A stretch of DNA of 64,000 bases from Escherichia coli (GTDB taxonomy: Bacteria > Pseudomonadota > Gammaproteobacteria > Enterobacterales > Enterobacteriaceae): the NCBI RefSeq assembly GCF_044324785.1, contig NZ_CP172127.1. The stretch is one strand, 5' to 3'. Every line of letters starts with the position of its first letter. Within the stretch, counting starts at the first letter, position 1. This document shows positions 40,951 to 55,110 of the stretch, one piece after another. The translations under genes were made by a program, and so were the position numbers. The notes below the pieces were generated by a model. It worked only from the letters and a program-made list of their open reading frames with translations. It had not been told where the DNA came from and made no database searches.

Positions 40951-40977
40951 CCCCCTCATGATGAGGGGGCTTTTCTT
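40951..40977 (+). terminator. Rho-independent terminator after yehA
   Basis: ccccctcat-g-atgaggggg followed by cttttctt. Confidence 0.7.
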
Positions 40978-41314
40978 AGCGATGATAAAAAATCTCACCG
41001 TCGTAGGCTTTAATGATTTTACCGTCGGTGTCGCTGATCAACACGTATGCGCCACCCATATAGGTCCAGTGCGTTCCGGCATCAGGCGCGGGCAGATTAC
41101 GTAACTGCCACTGCTTAATGTTGTACTCATCGGTGCGGTACATCTCTGGGACGGTATCGCCTGGTTTGAAATGCTTAAAGTCAGCAATGAAACTGCTTAA
41201 CTCATACTTAGAAATTCCCGAGGTATTGGTCGAACCCGCGGTGGCTGGTGCGGCCCAGGCGGCACTGGTAACCAGCAAAAGCACACCCAGCAACATCTTA
41301 TTTTTAATGGTCAT
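40976..41314 (-). CDS. rcnB: Periplasmic nickel/cobalt homeostasis protein
   Basis: 112 aa from MTIKNKMLLGVLLLVTSAAWA; track ORF extends 180 nt upstream. Confidence 0.8.
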   Translation of the reverse strand: MTIKNKMLLGVLLLVTSAAWAAPATAGSTNTSGISKYELSSFIADFKHFKPGDTVPEMYRTDEYNIKQWQLRNLPAPDAGTHWTYMGGAYVLISDTDGKIIKAYDGEIFYHR

Positions 41315-41532
41315 AAACTCTCCACTTTGGGGATCTGTAATATCAGTCGCATATCTTTCCTGCCATACAATATAACTGACAAGCGATATTTTGTTAGTGA
41401 TCCCATGATTTCGTAAAAAGTGTAAATGAAAGGATGCCCTAAAAGCATCCTTAGCGAGCAGAGAGTCAGCGGAAATAGCTGATTTAAGAATCATCCTGGG
41501 CTGAAGATAACATGCAAGCCTAAAGGATTGAG

Positions 41533-42354
41533 TTATCGCATTATGCCCATAAAGCCATGCACACCCATATACACACCAACTAAGCCAATCAACAGACTGG
41601 AAAAATAGGGGGCGCGTTTAGCGAGAGTGTTAAATCCGCTCCAACGTTTTGCGACCTGCTGAACGCTGATTGCTGCGCCAACGCCTACGGTGACCAGCGT
41701 TAACGCCAGGCCGATGCTGAAACTGACGACCAGTGTTGCGCCCAGTGTCAGGGCTTTCAACTGAATGCAAATCAACAGCACGGTAATTGCTGCCGGGCAG
41801 GGGATAAGGCCACCGGTTAAGCCAAATAACAAAATTTGCCAGTTGGTGACCTCTCTACCATCAAAGCGTCGTTTAATGTCATTGGCATGGGCTCGTGCAT
41901 GAGCATCCTGATACTCCCCATGTTCGTGATGGTGATGATGTCCATGGTCGTGGTGATCTTCGTGATCGTGATGATGCTCATGATCATGCCCGTGCATATT
42001 CTCCAGCCAGTTGCGTTCGCCGCGCCAGGTACGCCAGAACATCCAGAACGCGGTGCCAATAATGATCACCGCGGAAATCAACTGGAGCCACGGTTCCGCC
42101 GACTGCGCAGTAAAGCGTTTGCTGATCACCATCCCGCCAAAGGCAATCAACCAGACCACTGCGGTATGCGAAATGGTTGCTGCCAGTCCGAGCATCACCG
42201 CCTGTTTAATGGTGCCTTTGATGGCGATGATAAACGCCGCCATCATCGTTTTTGAGTGCCCTGGTTCCAGGCCATGAAGCGCACCAAGTAAGATGGCGCT
42301 GGGGATGAAGAACCAGGCGTTTCCTTGCTGAAGAAGAGTGGTAAATTCGGTCAT
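41533..42354 (-). CDS. rcnA: Nickel/cobalt efflux permease with histidine-rich loop
   Basis: 273 aa membrane protein; HGHDHEHHHDHEDHHDHGHHHHHEHGEYQDAHARAH loop. Confidence 0.9.
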   Translation of the reverse strand: MTEFTTLLQQGNAWFFIPSAILLGALHGLEPGHSKTMMAAFIIAIKGTIKQAVMLGLAATISHTAVVWLIAFGGMVISKRFTAQSAEPWLQLISAVIIIGTAFWMFWRTWRGERNWLENMHGHDHEHHHDHEDHHDHGHHHHHEHGEYQDAHARAHANDIKRRFDGREVTNWQILLFGLTGGLIPCPAAITVLLICIQLKALTLGATLVVSFSIGLALTLVTVGVGAAISVQQVAKRWSGFNTLAKRAPYFSSLLIGLVGVYMGVHGFMGIMR

Positions 42355-42390
42355 GATAATAATTCTTAGTATTAATTCGGCAATCCGATT

Positions 42391-42425
42391 CTACTCCCCC
42401 CCAGTACCTGATACTACCCCCCAGT
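42391..42425. promoter_or_regulatory. Two RcnR operator sites in rcnR-rcnA divergent intergenic region
   Basis: tactcccccccagta (42391-42405) and tactacccccagta-type site (42411-42425): TACT-G/C6-N-AGTA inverted repeats. Confidence 0.75.
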
Positions 42426-42474
42426 AGATTAATAGTGCTATGATTTTTCATGTTCTTGTTAACCAGGTGTTGCC

Positions 42475-42747
42475 ATGTCTCATACCATCCGTGATAAACA
42501 GAAACTGAAAGCGCGTGCCAGTAAGATTCAGGGCCAGGTCGTGGCGCTCAAGAAAATGCTCGACGAGCCGCACGAATGCGCTGCAGTTTTACAACAGATT
42601 GCTGCTATCCGTGGCGCGGTAAACGGTCTGATGCGGGAAGTGATTAAAGGTCATCTGACGGAACACATCGTTCACCAGGGGGATGAGCTAAAACGTGAAG
42701 AAGATCTGGATGTCGTTCTGAAGGTGCTGGATTCTTATATCAAATAA
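42475..42747 (+). CDS. rcnR: Ni/Co-responsive transcriptional repressor (CsoR/RcnR family)
   Basis: 90 aa ([42 protein letters not shown]...). Confidence 0.9.
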
Positions 42748-42844
42748 TTTATTAACGCGATTGTAAAACTGCGGTTTTTACTCGTTTACAACGCGTGCGC
42801 TGGACATTACCATCCTCCTCTGCGATTTATCATCGCAACCAAAC

Positions 42845-42969
42845 GACTCGGGGTGCCCTTCTGCGTGAAGGCTGAGAAATACCCGTATCACCTGATCTGG
42901 ATAATGCCAGCGTAGGGAAGTCACGGACCACCAGGTCATTGCTTCTTCACGTTATGGCAGGAGCAAACT
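42845..42969 (+). promoter_or_regulatory. TPP (THI-box) riboswitch in thiM leader
   Basis: ggggtgcccttctgcgtgaaggctgagaaatacccgtatcacctgatctggataatgccagcgtagggaagtc matches the classic thiM aptamer including CUGAGA. Confidence 0.9.
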
Positions 42970-43758
42970 ATGCAAGTCGACCTGCTGAGTTCCGCGCAAT
43001 CTGCGCACGCGTTACACCTTTTTCACCAACATTCCCCTCTTGTGCACTGCATGACCAACGATGTGGTGCAAACCTTTACTGCCAATACCTTGCTGGCGCT
43101 CGGTGCATCGCCAGCGATGGTTATCGAAACCGAAGAGGCCAGTCAGTTTGCGGCTATCGCCAGTGCGTTGCTGATTAACGTTGGCACGCTGACGCAGCCA
43201 CGCGCACAGGCGATGCGTGCCGCCGTTGAACAGGCAAAACGCTCTCAAACACCCTGGACGCTTGATCCAGTAGCGGTTGGTGCACTCGACTATCGCCGCC
43301 GTTTTTGTCTGGAACTTCTGTCTCATAAGCCAACCGCCATACGTGGTAATGCTTCGGAAATCATGGCATTAGCTGGCATTGCTAATGGCGGACGGGGAGT
43401 GGATACCACTGACGCCGCAGCTAATGCGATACCCGCTGCACAAACACTGGCACGGGAAACTGGCGCAATCGTCGTGGTCACAGGCGAGGTGGATTATGTT
43501 ACCGATGGTCGTCGCACCGTTGTCATTCACGGTGGCGATCCGCTAATGACCAAAGTGGTAGGAACTGGCTGTGCATTATCGGCGGTTGTCGCTGCCTGTT
43601 GTACGCTACCAGGCGATACGCTGGAAAATATCGCATCTGCCTGTCACTGGATGAAACAAGCCGGAGAACGCGCAGTCGCCAGTAGCGAGGGGCCAGGCAG
43701 TTTTGTTCCACATTTCCTTGATGCGCTCTGGCAATTGACGCCGGAGGTGCAGGCATGA
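42970..43758 (+). CDS. thiM: Hydroxyethylthiazole kinase
   Basis: 262 aa ([30 protein letters not shown]...). Confidence 0.9.
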   Translation: MQVDLLSSAQSAHALHLFHQHSPLVHCMTNDVVQTFTANTLLALGASPAMVIETEEASQFAAIASALLINVGTLTQPRAQAMRAAVEQAKRSQTPWTLDPVAVGALDYRRRFCLELLSHKPTAIRGNASEIMALAGIANGGRGVDTTDAAANAIPAAQTLARETGAIVVVTGEVDYVTDGRRTVVIHGGDPLMTKVVGTGCALSAVVAACCTLPGDTLENIASACHWMKQAGERAVASSEGPGSFVPHFLDALWQLTPEVQA

Positions 43759-44555
43759 AACGAATTAACGCTCTGACGATTGCCGGTACTGATCCGAGTG
43801 GTGGTGCGGGGATTCAGGCCGATCTTAAAACCTTCTCGGCACTTGGCGCTTATGGTTGCTCAGTGATTACTGCACTGGTGGCGCAAAATACCCGTGGCGT
43901 ACAGTCGGTGTATCGCATTGAGCCTGATTTTGTCGCCGCCCAGCTCGATTCGGTGTTCAGCGATGTGCGAATCGACACCACTAAAATCGGTATGTTGGCG
44001 GAAACCGATATTGTTGAAGCGGTGGCAGAACGGTTGCAACGTTATCAGATCCAAAACGTGGTACTCGACACCGTTATGCTGGCAAAAAGCGGCGACCCAC
44101 TGCTTTCACCTTCGGCAGTTGCCACGCTACGCAGTCGATTATTGCCACAGGTTTCATTAATAACGCCAAACTTGCCCGAAGCAGCCGCCTTGCTCGACGC
44201 GCCACACGCGCGCACCGAACAGGAAATGCTGGAACAAGGGCGATCGCTGTTGGCGATGGGCTGTGGAGCAGTGCTAATGAAAGGTGGTCATCTGGATGAT
44301 GAGCAAAGCCCGGACTGGCTGTTTACCCGCGAGGGTGAACAACGGTTTACCGCACCGCGCATTATGACCCAAAACACCCACGGCACTGGTTGTACACTCT
44401 CTGCGGCGTTGGCTGCACTACGCCCGCGCCATACAAACTGGGCTGACACCGTACAGGAGGCAAAAAGCTGGCTTTCATCGGCGTTAGCCCAGGCCGACAC
44501 GCTGGAAGTTGGTCACGGTATTGGTCCGGTTCACCACTTCCACGCGTGGTGGTGA
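43755..44555 (+). CDS. thiD: Hydroxymethylpyrimidine / phosphomethylpyrimidine kinase
   Basis: 266 aa ([27 protein letters not shown]...); ATGA overlap with thiM. Confidence 0.9.
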   Translation: MKRINALTIAGTDPSGGAGIQADLKTFSALGAYGCSVITALVAQNTRGVQSVYRIEPDFVAAQLDSVFSDVRIDTTKIGMLAETDIVEAVAERLQRYQIQNVVLDTVMLAKSGDPLLSPSAVATLRSRLLPQVSLITPNLPEAAALLDAPHARTEQEMLEQGRSLLAMGCGAVLMKGGHLDDEQSPDWLFTREGEQRFTAPRIMTQNTHGTGCTLSAALAALRPRHTNWADTVQEAKSWLSSALAQADTLEVGHGIGPVHHFHAWW

Positions 44556-44619
44556 GCACCTTACTATAGCTGCTTTGGTTATTGTCAGTCTTTGGCGCTG
44601 ACATTCAGGGATGAAACCA

Positions 44620-45438
44620 ATGCAGCTTAGAATCACCAGTCGAAAAAAATTCACCGCTTTATTATGCGCTCTTGGGCTAATTTCCATCGTTGCAATTTAT
44701 CCGCGTCAGACGGTGAATTTTTTCTACTCGACAGCAATTCAGATTAAAGACTACATCCACTTCTACGGTTATCGCCCGGTTAAATCTTTCGCTATTCGCA
44801 TTCCTGCCAGTTACACCATTCATGGTATTGATGTTTCACGCTGGCAGGAGCGAATCGACTGGCAGCGTGTGGCAAAAATGCGCGATAACGGTATTCGCTT
44901 GCAGTTTGCCTTTATCAAGGCGACGGAAGGCGAAAAGCTGGTGGACCCCTATTTTTCGCGTAACTGGCAACTAAGCCGCGAAAATGGCCTGCTGCGCGGG
45001 GCGTATCATTATTTCTCCCCGTCGGTATCCGCTTCAGTTCAGGCGCGATTATTTCTGCAAACGGTGGATTTTGCCCACGGCGATCTCCCTGCCGTGCTGG
45101 ACGTAGAAGAACGGGGAAAATTATCGGCAAAAGAATTACGCAAGCGGGTAAGTCAGTGGCTAAAAATGGTCGAAAAACGCACGGGAAAAAAGCCGATTAT
45201 TTACTCAGGAGCCGTTTTTTATCACACCAATCTGGCGGGCTATTTCAATGAATATCCGTGGTGGGTGGCTCACTACTATCAACGTCGTCCGGACAATGAC
45301 GGCATGGCCTGGCGCTTCTGGCAGCATTCCGACCGTGGACAGGTAGATGGCATTAATGGTCCGGTGGATTTTAATGTGTTTAATGGCACGGTGGAGGAGT
45401 TGCAGGCATTCGTTGATGGGATTAAAGAAACGCCTTAA
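44620..45438 (+). CDS. yegX: Glycoside hydrolase family 25 (lysozyme-like) protein
   Basis: 272 aa from MQLRITSRKKF...; GH25 signature region GIDVSRWQ...DWQRV...FIKATEG; start among two close ATGs uncertain. Confidence 0.75.
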   Translation: MQLRITSRKKFTALLCALGLISIVAIYPRQTVNFFYSTAIQIKDYIHFYGYRPVKSFAIRIPASYTIHGIDVSRWQERIDWQRVAKMRDNGIRLQFAFIKATEGEKLVDPYFSRNWQLSRENGLLRGAYHYFSPSVSASVQARLFLQTVDFAHGDLPAVLDVEERGKLSAKELRKRVSQWLKMVEKRTGKKPIIYSGAVFYHTNLAGYFNEYPWWVAHYYQRRPDNDGMAWRFWQHSDRGQVDGINGPVDFNVFNGTVEELQAFVDGIKETP

Positions 45439-45489
45439 ATAAGAAGCGGTGATATACTCCCACCAGACTCCCTGGCAGGAAAAAGACAA

Positions 45490-46236
45490 ATGGAACAAGC
45501 GCATACCCAGCTGATTGCCCAACTGAACGAGCGTATTTTAGCGGCGGATAACACGCCGCTTTATATTAAGTTTGCCGAAACGGTAAAAAATGCCGTGCGC
45601 AGCGGGGTGCTGGAGCATGGCAATATTTTGCCCGGTGAGCGTGATTTAAGTCAGTTAACCGGCGTTTCGCGCATTACGGTGCGCAAGGCGATGCAGGCGC
45701 TGGAAGAAGAGGGCGTGGTGACGCGTTCGCGTGGTTACGGCACGCAGATCAACAACATCTTCGAATACTCGTTGAAAGAAGCGCGAGGTTTCTCTCAGCA
45801 GGTGGTATTGCGCGGGAAAAAGCCCGATACGCTATGGGTTAACAAGCGTGTCGTGAAATGTCCCGAAGAAGTCGCGCAGCAGCTAGCGGTCGAAGCAGGA
45901 AGTAATGTCTTTTTGCTTAAGCGTATTCGCTATGTCGATGAAGAAGCGGTATCAATTGAGGAATCGTGGGTTCCTGCGCATTTAATTCATGATGTTGATG
46001 CCATCGGAATTTCTCTTTATGACTACTTCCGCAGCCAGCACATTTACCCACAACGTACGCGTTCCCGCGTTAGCGCCCGGATGCCGGATGCCGAGTTTCA
46101 GTCACATATTCAGTTAGATAGCAAAATACCGGTGCTGGTGATCAAGCAAGTGGCGCTTGACCAACAGCAACGGCCTATTGAGTACAGCATCAGCCACTGT
46201 CGCAGCGATCTATACGTTTTTGTGTGCGAGGAGTAG
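45490..46236 (+). CDS. yegW: GntR-family (HutC-subfamily) transcriptional regulator
   Basis: 248 aa; N-terminal wHTH (LPGERDLSQLTGVSRITVRKAMQALEEEGVV) and UTRA-like C-terminus. Confidence 0.85.
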   Translation: MEQAHTQLIAQLNERILAADNTPLYIKFAETVKNAVRSGVLEHGNILPGERDLSQLTGVSRITVRKAMQALEEEGVVTRSRGYGTQINNIFEYSLKEARGFSQQVVLRGKKPDTLWVNKRVVKCPEEVAQQLAVEAGSNVFLLKRIRYVDEEAVSIEESWVPAHLIHDVDAIGISLYDYFRSQHIYPQRTRSRVSARMPDAEFQSHIQLDSKIPVLVIKQVALDQQQRPIEYSISHCRSDLYVFVCEE

Positions 46237-47175
46237 TTCCTCGCGCGTTGGCGCACAATCACCGCCCCGATGCCCGACAACCCACGACGCCACTGCATTG
46301 CCCAGTAATACGGCATCCGCCAGTGGCAGACCAGAGGCTAGCCCGGCAAGTACGCCACCTGCATGACTGTCGCCCGCCCCAATGGTGTCTACAACTTGCG
46401 TTGGAAATGCCGGAATGCAGCCAGAAGCGTCGTTGCTGAAATACCATGCGCCCTCTTTATCGAGACGAATGATCAACGGCGCGGCAAATTTCTCCTGCCA
46501 TTGCTTGCCAAGTGTTGTTATCTCTGCGGATAAAGCAAAACGTTCGGCGGCAATCTCAGCCTCCTGACGATTGAGTGATACTAAAGGTCGACAGGCCATG
46601 ATCCGCGCCAGCAATGCATCCGGGATATCGCCAATACGTGGGCCAAAATCGATAAACGGCGTCACGTCTTGCAGCTCTTCCAGCCATTCCACTAACAATT
46701 CGCCGCAGGGCGAGGCCAGTTGATAACCTGAAAAATAGAGCAGGCTGCCAGGCACAACGGCTAATCGCGCCAGCCACTGGCGATTCCACTGATTTTCCAC
46801 GCCGCTGAACGACATAAAAGTGCGTTCGCCATCCGGCTCAACCAGCGCCAGACACCAGCCGTTATCACCTTCGGCGTTATCGATCAGGCTGATTAAGCCC
46901 TCTTTTGCCATCCGGTTGCGAATAATCTCCGCCCACACCCCCTGACCGAGCGGCAAGGCGTTACCCGCTTCGATGCCGAGGCGCTTTAACGCCACGGCAA
47001 TATTCAGTGCGCAGCCGCCAACGTTAACGCTCTGCTGTTTCAGTTCGATATCGCACCCACGCCAGGGGAGGGCATAAGCGTCGGCGATCACATCAATGAC
47101 CGCCGCGCCAATCACCATAACTGGCTGACGCGTGGTTAATTCAGGCAGCAGCGTGTGTAATCGAGCGCCGCTCAT
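46210..47175 (-). CDS. yegV: PfkB/ribokinase-family sugar kinase
   Basis: 321 aa; GAGD motif (DTIGAGDSHAGG); 3' end overlaps yegW 3' end by 27 nt (convergent). Confidence 0.8.
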   Translation of the reverse strand: MSGARLHTLLPELTTRQPVMVIGAAVIDVIADAYALPWRGCDIELKQQSVNVGGCALNIAVALKRLGIEAGNALPLGQGVWAEIIRNRMAKEGLISLIDNAEGDNGWCLALVEPDGERTFMSFSGVENQWNRQWLARLAVVPGSLLYFSGYQLASPCGELLVEWLEELQDVTPFIDFGPRIGDIPDALLARIMACRPLVSLNRQEAEIAAERFALSAEITTLGKQWQEKFAAPLIIRLDKEGAWYFSNDASGCIPAFPTQVVDTIGAGDSHAGGVLAGLASGLPLADAVLLGNAVASWVVGHRGGDCAPTREELLLAHKNV

Positions 47176-48176
47176 ACCGCCTCCCGTTGTTGACGATATT
47201 TCGCCAGCGCCGTGGCATAGCGGTTGAAATCAAGCTGATTTACCGCATCCAGTTCCGTCTTTAACGCAGGATCGATTGCGTTAACGCCATGCAACGCGCC
47301 GCAAATTGCCGTCGCCATAGCACCGATGGTGTCTGTGTCGCCGCCAAGGTTAGCGCACAGGACGGCGCAACGGTTCGGGTCGGTTTGTGCCAGTTCAACC
47401 AGCGCAATGGCGCACGGAACGGACTCAATAGTGCTGGTACCTGCGCCAACGACCTGGTAAAGCTGTTCGCTGGCGGATTCGGTGCCGTCGGCATTGCGCA
47501 CAATTTTCAGCGCAATCTCCAGGCGCGCCGCCAGTGAGGCGCTGAAGGTGGTGATGCGTTTTTGCTGTGCATGTCGCGCAATCGAGGGTAGAGAATCAAC
47601 AATCGCTGACCAGCTTTCTCCGTCAATGGCACGGGAAATCGCCCATGCGATGACTACCGCCCCCGCAACCGCCAGATCGGATTTATGTGTCGGGCTGGAG
47701 GCCAGCGCCACATCATCAATAAAGGAATCAACATCACGCGCCGGAAGCAAACAACCTAATGGCGAGACGCGCATCGCTGCGCCGTTGGTCACGCCGTTAT
47801 TTTCCAGTTCAGCAACGGGTTTACCGTCGCGAATGGCGTTAAGCGCAATCTTCGAGGTCGGACCTAGTACGTTTTTGTTAAAGGCGTCGAAACGCAGCGC
47901 CCAGTCGAGAATATTACGCCCAATCAGATCTGGATCGATCTTGCCTTCACGTTCCAGTAACGCATCCGCCAGACACAGCGCCATCGAGGTATCGTCGGTG
48001 AATTCGGCGCGGTTAAAATAACAGGCTGCGTTATTCTCCTTTGGTCCAGGCAGAAAACGATCAATCCAGCCAAAGTGTGCTTTAACGCGGCTGCGTGGCC
48101 AAAGCTCGGAGGGCATCCCCATCGCATCCCCTAACGCCTGCCCATAAAGAGCACCGAGAATACGTTCTGTTTTCAT
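47172..48176 (-). CDS. yegU: ADP-ribosylglycohydrolase-family protein
   Basis: 334 aa; 4-nt overlaps with yegT and yegV. Confidence 0.8.
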   Translation of the reverse strand: MKTERILGALYGQALGDAMGMPSELWPRSRVKAHFGWIDRFLPGPKENNAACYFNRAEFTDDTSMALCLADALLEREGKIDPDLIGRNILDWALRFDAFNKNVLGPTSKIALNAIRDGKPVAELENNGVTNGAAMRVSPLGCLLPARDVDSFIDDVALASSPTHKSDLAVAGAVVIAWAISRAIDGESWSAIVDSLPSIARHAQQKRITTFSASLAARLEIALKIVRNADGTESASEQLYQVVGAGTSTIESVPCAIALVELAQTDPNRCAVLCANLGGDTDTIGAMATAICGALHGVNAIDPALKTELDAVNQLDFNRYATALAKYRQQREAV

Positions 48177-49450
48177 TTAACTTCCCCTTGTGTCAACGCA
48201 ATATCGCGATCATCGACCTTGATAGCCGTAATTTCGTTGTCGGATTCGCGGAAAAAAATCATGAACAGCACGGCGATAATGGCAATCATCACCGCGCCGA
48301 AAGTCCACATCCCGGACCAGTTGAAAGTCAGTCCGTTTACCGGTTCCTGATAAGCGAACATCTTTTCCATCATCACACCGCCAAGACGATAGCCGAGCAA
48401 ACTGCCGAAGCCCTGGCAGCAGAGCGTGATCAGCCCCTGCGCGGCGGTACGCATATGCACGGGGGCTTTTTTATCGACATAGATGTAAGCGGTAACGTAG
48501 TAAAAATCGTAACTTACGCCGTGCAGCAAAATGCCGAGGAACAATAACGCGTAGGTGAAATATTCATCCGCACTACCGTAAATAAAGAAGCCATAGCGGA
48601 TCGCAGCGGTGACCAGACCAAGTAATAATACCTTTTTGATACCAAAGCGTTTGGTAAAAAACGGCAATGCCAGCATAAAGAAGATTTCAGAGAACTGGCC
48701 GAGCGTCATCCAGCCGGTGGCGTTTTTCATGCCGACTTCTGTCAGATAACCGTTGGCAAAGATGTAATAGAACGCCAGTGGCATCGCAAACAGGAATGAA
48801 CAGAAGAAAAAGACGAGGAAGTTTTTATCGCGCAGCAGGATCAGCGCATCCAGGCCGAGCATGACTTTAATGTCCATTTTGCCGGTGCTTTTTGGCGGCG
48901 TGTCGGGCAGGAAAAACGCAAACACAGCGAGCAGAGCAGAACTTCCGGCGGTAATCAGCAGCGGGATGTTAGTCGGTGAGATATCGGCATACCCCAGCAT
49001 TTGCGGCAAAAATCCACATGCCAGACCGGAGGCAATCCAGCCGATAGTGCCCATCACACGAATGCGTGGGAAATCACGCTCAACATCCGGCACGTTGGCA
49101 AAAGCGATACTGTTAGTCAGCGCAATGGTCGGCATATAGGTTAGCGAGTAGGCCAGCAGTAACGGGAAGAACCCGGCAAAAGTGGTCTGTTGCGCAGCGA
49201 AATACATCAGCGCCGCACCAGCGAACATCAATACCGCCAGCACTTTCTGCGCCGAGAAAAAGCGGTCAGTGATGGAGCCAACCAGAATTGGCGACAGGAT
49301 CGCCGCAATGGCGGTACAGGCATACGACCAGCCAATTTCTCCGGCACTAAAACCGCTTTTACTTAACCACAACCACAATGGCACAAACCACGCGCCCCAG
49401 ATAAACCATTCAACAAACATCATGAACGACAGCTTTGCTGTTGTTTTCAT
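48173..49450 (-). CDS. yegT: MFS nucleoside:H+ symporter-family transporter
   Basis: 425 aa, 12-TM-like hydrophobicity. Confidence 0.8.
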   Translation of the reverse strand: MKTTAKLSFMMFVEWFIWGAWFVPLWLWLSKSGFSAGEIGWSYACTAIAAILSPILVGSITDRFFSAQKVLAVLMFAGAALMYFAAQQTTFAGFFPLLLAYSLTYMPTIALTNSIAFANVPDVERDFPRIRVMGTIGWIASGLACGFLPQMLGYADISPTNIPLLITAGSSALLAVFAFFLPDTPPKSTGKMDIKVMLGLDALILLRDKNFLVFFFCSFLFAMPLAFYYIFANGYLTEVGMKNATGWMTLGQFSEIFFMLALPFFTKRFGIKKVLLLGLVTAAIRYGFFIYGSADEYFTYALLFLGILLHGVSYDFYYVTAYIYVDKKAPVHMRTAAQGLITLCCQGFGSLLGYRLGGVMMEKMFAYQEPVNGLTFNWSGMWTFGAVMIAIIAVLFMIFFRESDNEITAIKVDDRDIALTQGEVK

Positions 49451-49706
49451 CTTTTAATTCCTTCATGACAGGTAATGTAAGGTACGCTATGACAATACCA
49501 CTTAATAATACCTTTTAAATACCTTTGCGGTGAAAACTTGACCGTGCTAACATTTTTTTTGATGAATCGAGCCAACAGAAAACGCTGAAAAAACATCCAA
49601 AAGATGGAAAAACTCGCCCGTAACGACCAGGATTATGATTGCCCGCAAAAGGCGGGCCAGGACAATCCATAGCCGATATCCAATCGGAATTTACGGGAGC
49701 ATAGTA

Positions 49707-50759
49707 ATGACAGATATTGCGCAGTTGCTTGGCAAAGACGCCGACAACCTTTTACAGCACCGTTGTATGACTATTCCTTCTGACCAGCTTTATCTCCCCG
49801 GACATGACTACGTAGACCGCGTGATGATTGACAATAATCGCCCGCCTGCGGTGTTACGTAATATGCAGACGTTGTACAACACCGGGCGTCTGGCTGGCAC
49901 AGGATATCTTTCTATTCTGCCCGTTGACCAGGGCGTTGAGCACTCTGCCGGAGCTTCATTTGCCGCTAACCCGCTCTACTTTGACCCGAAAAACATTGTT
50001 GAACTGGCGATCGAAGCGGGCTGTAACTGTGTGGCGTCAACTTACGGCGTGCTGGCATCGGTATCGCGGCGTTACGCGCATCGCATTCCATTCCTCGTCA
50101 AACTTAATCACAACGAGACGCTAAGTTACCCGAACACCTACGATCAAACGCTGTATGCCAGCGTGGAGCAGGCGTTTAACATGGGCGCGGTGGCAGTTGG
50201 TGCGACTATCTATTTTGGCTCGGAAGAGTCACGACGCCAGATTGAAGAAATTTCTGCGGCTTTTGAACGTGCGCACGAGCTGGGCATGGTGACAGTGCTG
50301 TGGGCCTATTTGCGTAACTCCGCCTTTAAGAAAGATGGCGTTGATTACCATGTTTCCGCCGACCTGACCGGTCAGGCGAACCATCTGGCGGCAACCATAG
50401 GTGCAGATATCGTCAAACAAAAAATGGCGGAAAATAACGGCGGCTATAAAGCGATTAATTACGGTTATACCGACGATCGAGTCTACAGCAAACTGACCAG
50501 TGAAAACCCGATTGACCTGGTGCGTTATCAGTTAGCTAACTGCTATATGGGCCGGGCCGGGTTGATAAACTCCGGCGGTGCTGCAGGCGGTGAAACTGAC
50601 CTCAGCGATGCAGTGCGTACTGCGGTTATCAACAAACGCGCAGGCGGAATGGGGCTGATTCTTGGACGTAAGGCGTTTAAGAAATCGATGGCTGACGGCG
50701 TGAAACTGATTAACGCCGTACAGGACGTTTATCTCGATAGTAAAATTACTATCGCCTGA
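49707..50759 (+). CDS. fbaB: Class I fructose-bisphosphate aldolase
   Basis: 350 aa from [38 protein letters not shown]...; ATG at 49707 after GGGAGC. Confidence 0.9.
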
Positions 50760-50797
50760 TGCGCCTCATACGAACAGCACCACCCCGTAGGACGGAA

Positions 50798-50821
50798 AAG
50801 GCGTTTACGTTGCATCCGGCA
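50798..50821. repeat. REP-like element downstream of fbaB
   Basis: aaggcgtttacgttgcatccggca resembles REP consensus. Confidence 0.5.
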
Positions 50822-50843
50822 TAAAAACACGCGCACTTCGTTA

Positions 50844-50871
50844 CGGCTTCCCCCGGGAGGCCGTTTTTTTT
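50844..50871 (+). terminator. Rho-independent terminator after fbaB
   Basis: cggcttcc-cccg-ggaggccg stem followed by T8. Confidence 0.65.
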
Positions 50872-50889
50872 GCCTGTCATTCTGATTAA

Positions 50890-53131
<2,242 letters not shown>

Positions 53132-53552
53132 GGACGGTATATGACTAACCTGTTTGTTCGTAGCGGAATTTCTTTTGTCGATCGTAGCGAAGTTTTAACC
53201 CATATCGGTAATGAGATGCTCGCGAAAGGTGTGGTTCATGATACCTGGCCACAGGCATTAATTACCAGAGAAGCAGAATTCCCTACCGGGATAATGCTTG
53301 AGCAGCACGCCATTGCAATACCGCATTGTGAGGCGATTCATGCTAAGTCGTCAGCCATTTATCTGTTAAGGCCAACAAATAAAGTTCATTTTCAGCAAGC
53401 GGATGATGATAACGACGTGGCGGTATCGTTGGTTATTGCGTTGATTGTGGAAAATCCGCAGCAGCAATTGAAACTTTTACGCTGTTTATTTGGCAAGTTA
53501 CAACAGCCCGATATCGTCGAGACACTAATCACTCTTCCTGAAACCCAGTTAA

Positions 53553-54747
<1,195 letters not shown>

Positions 54748-54822
54748 TTAAAGGAATACTTCACAAAGTATGTTTTAGATTCAGACGAATAAATCCCTCT
54801 GTAACAATAAAAAGGACTATTT

Positions 54823-55107
54823 ATGAAACGCAAAATTATTGTCGCTTGCGGAGGCGCGGTTGCGACCTCTACGATGGCGGCGGAAGAAATTAAAGAGTTG
54901 TGTCAGAGTCATAATATTCCTGTTGAATTAATCCAGTGTCGGGTTAATGAAATAGAAACCTATATGGATGGCGTGCATTTGATATGCACCACTGCCAGGG
55001 TGGATCGTAGTTTTGGCAATATTCCGTTAGTTCACGGCATGCCTTTTGTTTCTGGTGTCGGTATCGAAGCATTACAAAATAAAATTCTGACTATCTTACA
55101 GGGGTGA
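54823..55107 (+). CDS. gatB: Galactitol PTS EIIB
   Basis: 94 aa ([22 protein letters not shown]...), active-site Cys in VACGG. Confidence 0.9.
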   Translation: MKRKIIVACGGAVATSTMAAEEIKELCQSHNIPVELIQCRVNEIETYMDGVHLICTTARVDRSFGNIPLVHGMPFVSGVGIEALQNKILTILQG

Positions 55108-55110
55108 CCT

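Noticed and set aside
41836-42255. 139-aa plus-strand ORF opposite the rcnA histidine-rich region
   Set aside because: Artifact of the repetitive cat/cac low-complexity stretch
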